A stretch of 36,563 nt of DNA, from positions 1 to 36,563 of IMG/VR virus record IMGVR_UViG_3300022930_000020, one strand, 5' to 3'. Below the pieces are notes generated by a model. The model had not been told where the DNA came from and ran no database searches. It was given only the letters and a program-made list of their open reading frames with translations. The position numbers and the translations under genes were made by a program. This DNA is from a virus. Its lineage: Duplodnaviria > Caudoviricetes. This document shows positions 33,725 through 36,563 of this stretch, piece after piece (positions within the stretch are counted from its first letter, which is position 1; each line of letters begins with the position of its first letter).

Positions 33725-35704
33725 TTAGTCTTTTTTATAGTGAGGTGTTACAAATCCGTTTGCGGGTGTGCTGAGTCCAGGCGCCCACTTAACCGGCTCG
33801 CCTAAAATCCTGCACATATTTTCGAGCACGAAATTTACTGATTTATTTTCAATATCAGCGACCGCCTCGTCGTGTACGTGCATAACAATATCAAAACCTG
33901 CATCGTCCAGTCGTCTCATGCCGTCAGCGAGCAGATCTCTCGCAATTGCTTGTATAATATTTTCCGAAATTTTTCCGCCATAAGTTTCGAGCCAGGTCCA
34001 TTGCTTTGTTTTTTGGTGGATACCCATATATTTAATACTGTCGCGGTCCCATCGGTTTTTTGTCAGCATTGCATTTTGGTAGATCAGCTTTCGCCCTGAC
34101 GGTAAAAGGATCGTGAGGCAGTTATGCTCGAAATTAAAAACGATGCCTTTTAATGTTGAGGTTACAGGCTTGCGGGTTCTGACTGCTTTTATGGCGCATC
34201 TTTCAAACTCGTACCACATATCGACAATTTTAGGGCTGGCCTTTCTCCACTTTTTAACGATGCTCTGCATTTCTTCTTTGGAAAGTCCCATTTTCTCGCC
34301 CCCCATTGTAAGCAGTGCGCCCAGTGCGCCGCCAAAACCCAGCGCGAGCTCGGCGATCTTTCCTTTACTTCTCTGCTCGTCGTCGACCTCTTCGATAGGA
34401 ATGTTAAACATTTTCGCTGCCGAGGCCTCGTAAATTTTACCGTCTCCGGCGAAAATATCCAAACGCCATTTCTCGCCCGAGATCCAGGCCGTAATGCGCG
34501 CCTCTATGGCAGAATAATCCGCAATAGCTAAGATGTTGCCCGGCGATGCTGTTACGGCCGTACGGATAAGCTGCGATAGGACGTTAGGTATATTATCAAA
34601 AAAGACCGAAAGCAGTTCATAGTCGCCCCGCTTCACCAGATTACGCGCGAAATCCAAAAGCTTCATTTTGTTACGCGGGAGGTTTTGAGGCTGGAAAGCC
34701 CTGCCTGCCCAGCGCCCGGTACGCCAGCCGCCATAAAAGTAAAAAAATCCGTGTCCGGTTAAAGTTGTAAGGGCGAAATTTAACAGCGCGACAAATTTAC
34801 GCGTCGAGGTTTTGGATCCTCTCTGTCTCAGTTTTAAGACCTCCACCGCCAGCCCCGATCTATGCTCTTTGATTAAGGCCTCGACATTTTCCTTTGCAAG
34901 TGATGTTATGTTTTTTTGCAGTTTGGAACTCAGCCACTCTTTAAGCTGATCGGGACTATTCGGATTTACGAGTCCTGTTATTGCTTTTAATTTTTCTATG
35001 ACGTCGGCTTTGAATATCTTATCGATCTCGACTGCCTCTGTTGCCATTTGCACGTCGATGTTAACGCCTCTGTCGTTTATCTTTTGATCTAAAATATAGT
35101 TGAGTCTTTCGGTCTCTGGAATGCGGAACGCGTCGACTATTGGATGCTCTAAAAGCTTAACCTCGGCGTTAACGTCCGCACGGTTGTACTTTTTATACAG
35201 CTCCCATTTTTCCGGATTATGGTACCACATATTACGGCGGCGCATACCGTTTCGTTTAGTCGGTTCCACCAGGCACGAAAAGTATTTTATAAGTGCGAGG
35301 CCCTCCGACATTTTACCCTCTTCGCCCAGATTAAGAGCTTTACTCGCTGCGCCCAGAGACATAGGCAGTCCGCAGTATCCGACCTTAACAGCCGAGCAGC
35401 GCCACTGGTCTGCAGGTACGTCGATCCCTACGGTTTTAAGGCAGTTTCTCTCAAAGTTTGCATTATGTGCGTGCTTTTCAACCTTTTTATTTCTGAGGGC
35501 TTTCAAAAACTCCTCGGGCCACTCTTCGCCCTCTGCAAAAGATACCTGTTTAATTTTGCTTTTGCGTCTGGTCGTCGTGTCTTTGAACATATACGCCAGC
35601 ATAAGGATTTCAAAGTCCGGGCTTTCGAAGTATTTATAGGATCCGCATTTTTTAATGTCGACGCTCGAGAAAGTCTCAAAGTCGAAATGAAGTTCGATAG
35701 CCAT
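33725..35704 (-). CDS. polA: family A DNA polymerase with 3'-5' exonuclease
   Basis: DFET exo I, HNANFE, TGRW, ADYSAIEAR (motif A), RSKGKIAELALGFG (motif B), HVHDE (motif C). Confidence 0.95.
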   Translation of the reverse strand: MAIELHFDFETFSSVDIKKCGSYKYFESPDFEILMLAYMFKDTTTRRKSKIKQVSFAEGEEWPEEFLKALRNKKVEKHAHNANFERNCLKTVGIDVPADQWRCSAVKVGYCGLPMSLGAASKALNLGEEGKMSEGLALIKYFSCLVEPTKRNGMRRRNMWYHNPEKWELYKKYNRADVNAEVKLLEHPIVDAFRIPETERLNYILDQKINDRGVNIDVQMATEAVEIDKIFKADVIEKLKAITGLVNPNSPDQLKEWLSSKLQKNITSLAKENVEALIKEHRSGLAVEVLKLRQRGSKTSTRKFVALLNFALTTLTGHGFFYFYGGWRTGRWAGRAFQPQNLPRNKMKLLDFARNLVKRGDYELLSVFFDNIPNVLSQLIRTAVTASPGNILAIADYSAIEARITAWISGEKWRLDIFAGDGKIYEASAAKMFNIPIEEVDDEQRSKGKIAELALGFGGALGALLTMGGEKMGLSKEEMQSIVKKWRKASPKIVDMWYEFERCAIKAVRTRKPVTSTLKGIVFNFEHNCLTILLPSGRKLIYQNAMLTKNRWDRDSIKYMGIHQKTKQWTWLETYGGKISENIIQAIARDLLADGMRRLDDAGFDIVMHVHDEAVADIENKSVNFVLENMCRILGEPVKWAPGLSTPANGFVTPHYKKD

Positions 35705-35844
35705 ATAATTTATATTTAGTGAAAGGTGTGTAATTTAAAACCGGAAAGCACTTTATTAAAATCCGACTTTAGCCGTGCACCGCTTTAGTCGGCAGGTTGT
35801 TTTTGCCCCTGCTCGTGTCAACTTACATTATGACCGTAGATATT

Positions 35845-35871
35845 AAAAAAGCGCCTATAGATCCGGCTTTT
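35845..35871 (-). terminator. weak terminator after tRNA
   Basis: Minus strand AAAAGCC-GGATCTATA-GGCGCTTTTTT, imperfect stem. Confidence 0.5.
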
Positions 35872-35872
35872 G

Positions 35873-35969
35873 TAGGGTGTAAGGGACTCGAACCCCTACG
35901 CCAGTAATGTACTGGAACCAGTGGCCGCATCTAGTGCGGCGCTGCGTCTACCAATTACGCCAACACCCT
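35873..35969 (-). tRNA. atypical tRNA-Leu-like (anticodon TAG at loop centre)
   Basis: Acceptor AGGGTGT/ACACCCT plus discriminator A, D arm GCGT-AATTGGTAG-ACGC, T arm AGGGG-TTCGAGT-CCCTT, long variable arm. The anticodon arm is non-canonical. Confidence 0.75.
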
Positions 35970-36045
35970 GCCGTTAGTTCGCGATACGCGTTTGCTGTCA
36001 AGTCCTGAGACTGGCGCGCCTACTAACCGAGGCACTTAATTTATT

Positions 36046-36563
36046 TTACGCTAACGGGTCGAAATCGTCGTCATCGTCGTACTCGTAATCCTCGTCATCA
36101 ATGAATTGATCTGAGTCTGCGAAATCCTCCTCTGCGTTTCCGCCTCCGCCTCCTAACGGTGTACCGTCGGATAATTTCATAATACTTTCAAGTCCTGCGG
36201 CAATTCCTTTATTTCCGCCGACGTCGTAGGCGTAGAAATTAATACACACACGTCCGAAGCATCCGCTGTAAAGATCCTCCTCGTCTGTAATAGGTTCGAG
36301 GTTTTTGTCGTAAAGCTTAGGACGTCTTTTGCTGTTTGCTCCAATAAAGAACGAGTTTGCGTAACTTTCGTCGCGCTCCTCCTCCGGATCGTCTCCGTCT
36401 CTTAGAGGTGTTTTCCACTTCTTAGGGCGGATGCCTTTGTATTTCTCTTTAATGACCTGAGTTTCTACGGCTTTAATTGCTGCACGGTATGCCGTTAATG
36501 TGAATTTATCTTTTTTACTGATAATTACCGATACGCTGTACTTTTCGTCGTCGCCGTCGCTGA
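36046..36563 (-). CDS. ssDNA-binding protein (DUF2815/gp2.5-like), 3' part
   Basis: KTPLRDGD, FIGANSKRRP, YSGCFGRVCINFYAY..GNKGIAAGL...DGTPLGG, acidic tail ending FDPLA. Confidence 0.92.
   Translation of the reverse strand, partial: SDGDDEKYSVSVIISKKDKFTLTAYRAAIKAVETQVIKEKYKGIRPKKWKTPLRDGDDPEEERDESYANSFFIGANSKRRPKLYDKNLEPITDEEDLYSGCFGRVCINFYAYDVGGNKGIAAGLESIMKLSDGTPLGGGGGNAEEDFADSDQFIDDEDYEYDDDDDFDPLA
36437..36563. repeat. 127-bp terminal direct repeat, copy 2
   Basis: Identical to 1-127. Confidence 0.95.

Noticed and set aside
64-35719. All plus-strand ORFs in the track (e.g. 9100-9402, 14538-15218, 23733-24338, 35100-35639)
   Set aside because: They are antisense shadows of well-supported minus-strand genes, with no recognisable motifs or plus-strand promoters.
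35873-35969. Amber-recoded genome with suppressor tRNA
   Set aside because: Long genes are intact in the standard code, TAG ends portal and TerS plausibly, and the loop centre is UAG rather than CUA.

Overview
Apparently complete circular (or circularly permuted) tailed dsDNA phage genome of 36,436 bp. Bases 1-127 are identical to 36437-36563, which looks like an assembly overlap. All credible genes lie on the minus strand. TAnnTTTG/TTTG promoters and Gln-cleaved signal peptides point to a Bacteroidota (probably Flavobacteriales) host. Replication/early arm (23160-36436 plus 1-2889): HTH regulator, DUF2800-like nuclease, DUF2815-like SSB, atypical tRNA, family A DNA polymerase, primase-VirE helicase, two DNA methyltransferases, VRR-NUC, SNF2 helicase and a string of small early genes. 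Morphogenesis/lysis arm (3276-22732): TerS, TerL, tail genes, tape measure, ClpP-like protease, scaffold, capsid, tail tube, portal, fibre, holins, GH24 lysozyme and spanin. No integrase is recognisable. Main observations: (1) an outer-membrane beta-barrel whose signal peptide sits behind a duplicated copy of a replication-gene domain; (2) two homologous iteron/AT-rich origin-like elements at the two module junctions; (3) a non-coding hub at 12.7-13.0 kb with a candidate antisense RNA to the polA translation start and a leader-peptide/terminator attenuator; (4) a non-canonical tRNA-Leu-like RNA in a structured RNA cluster; (5) a fibre-like protein with a Sec signal peptide; (6) short peptide motifs shared among unrelated proteins. 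All family assignments come from motif recognition by eye, not database searches.
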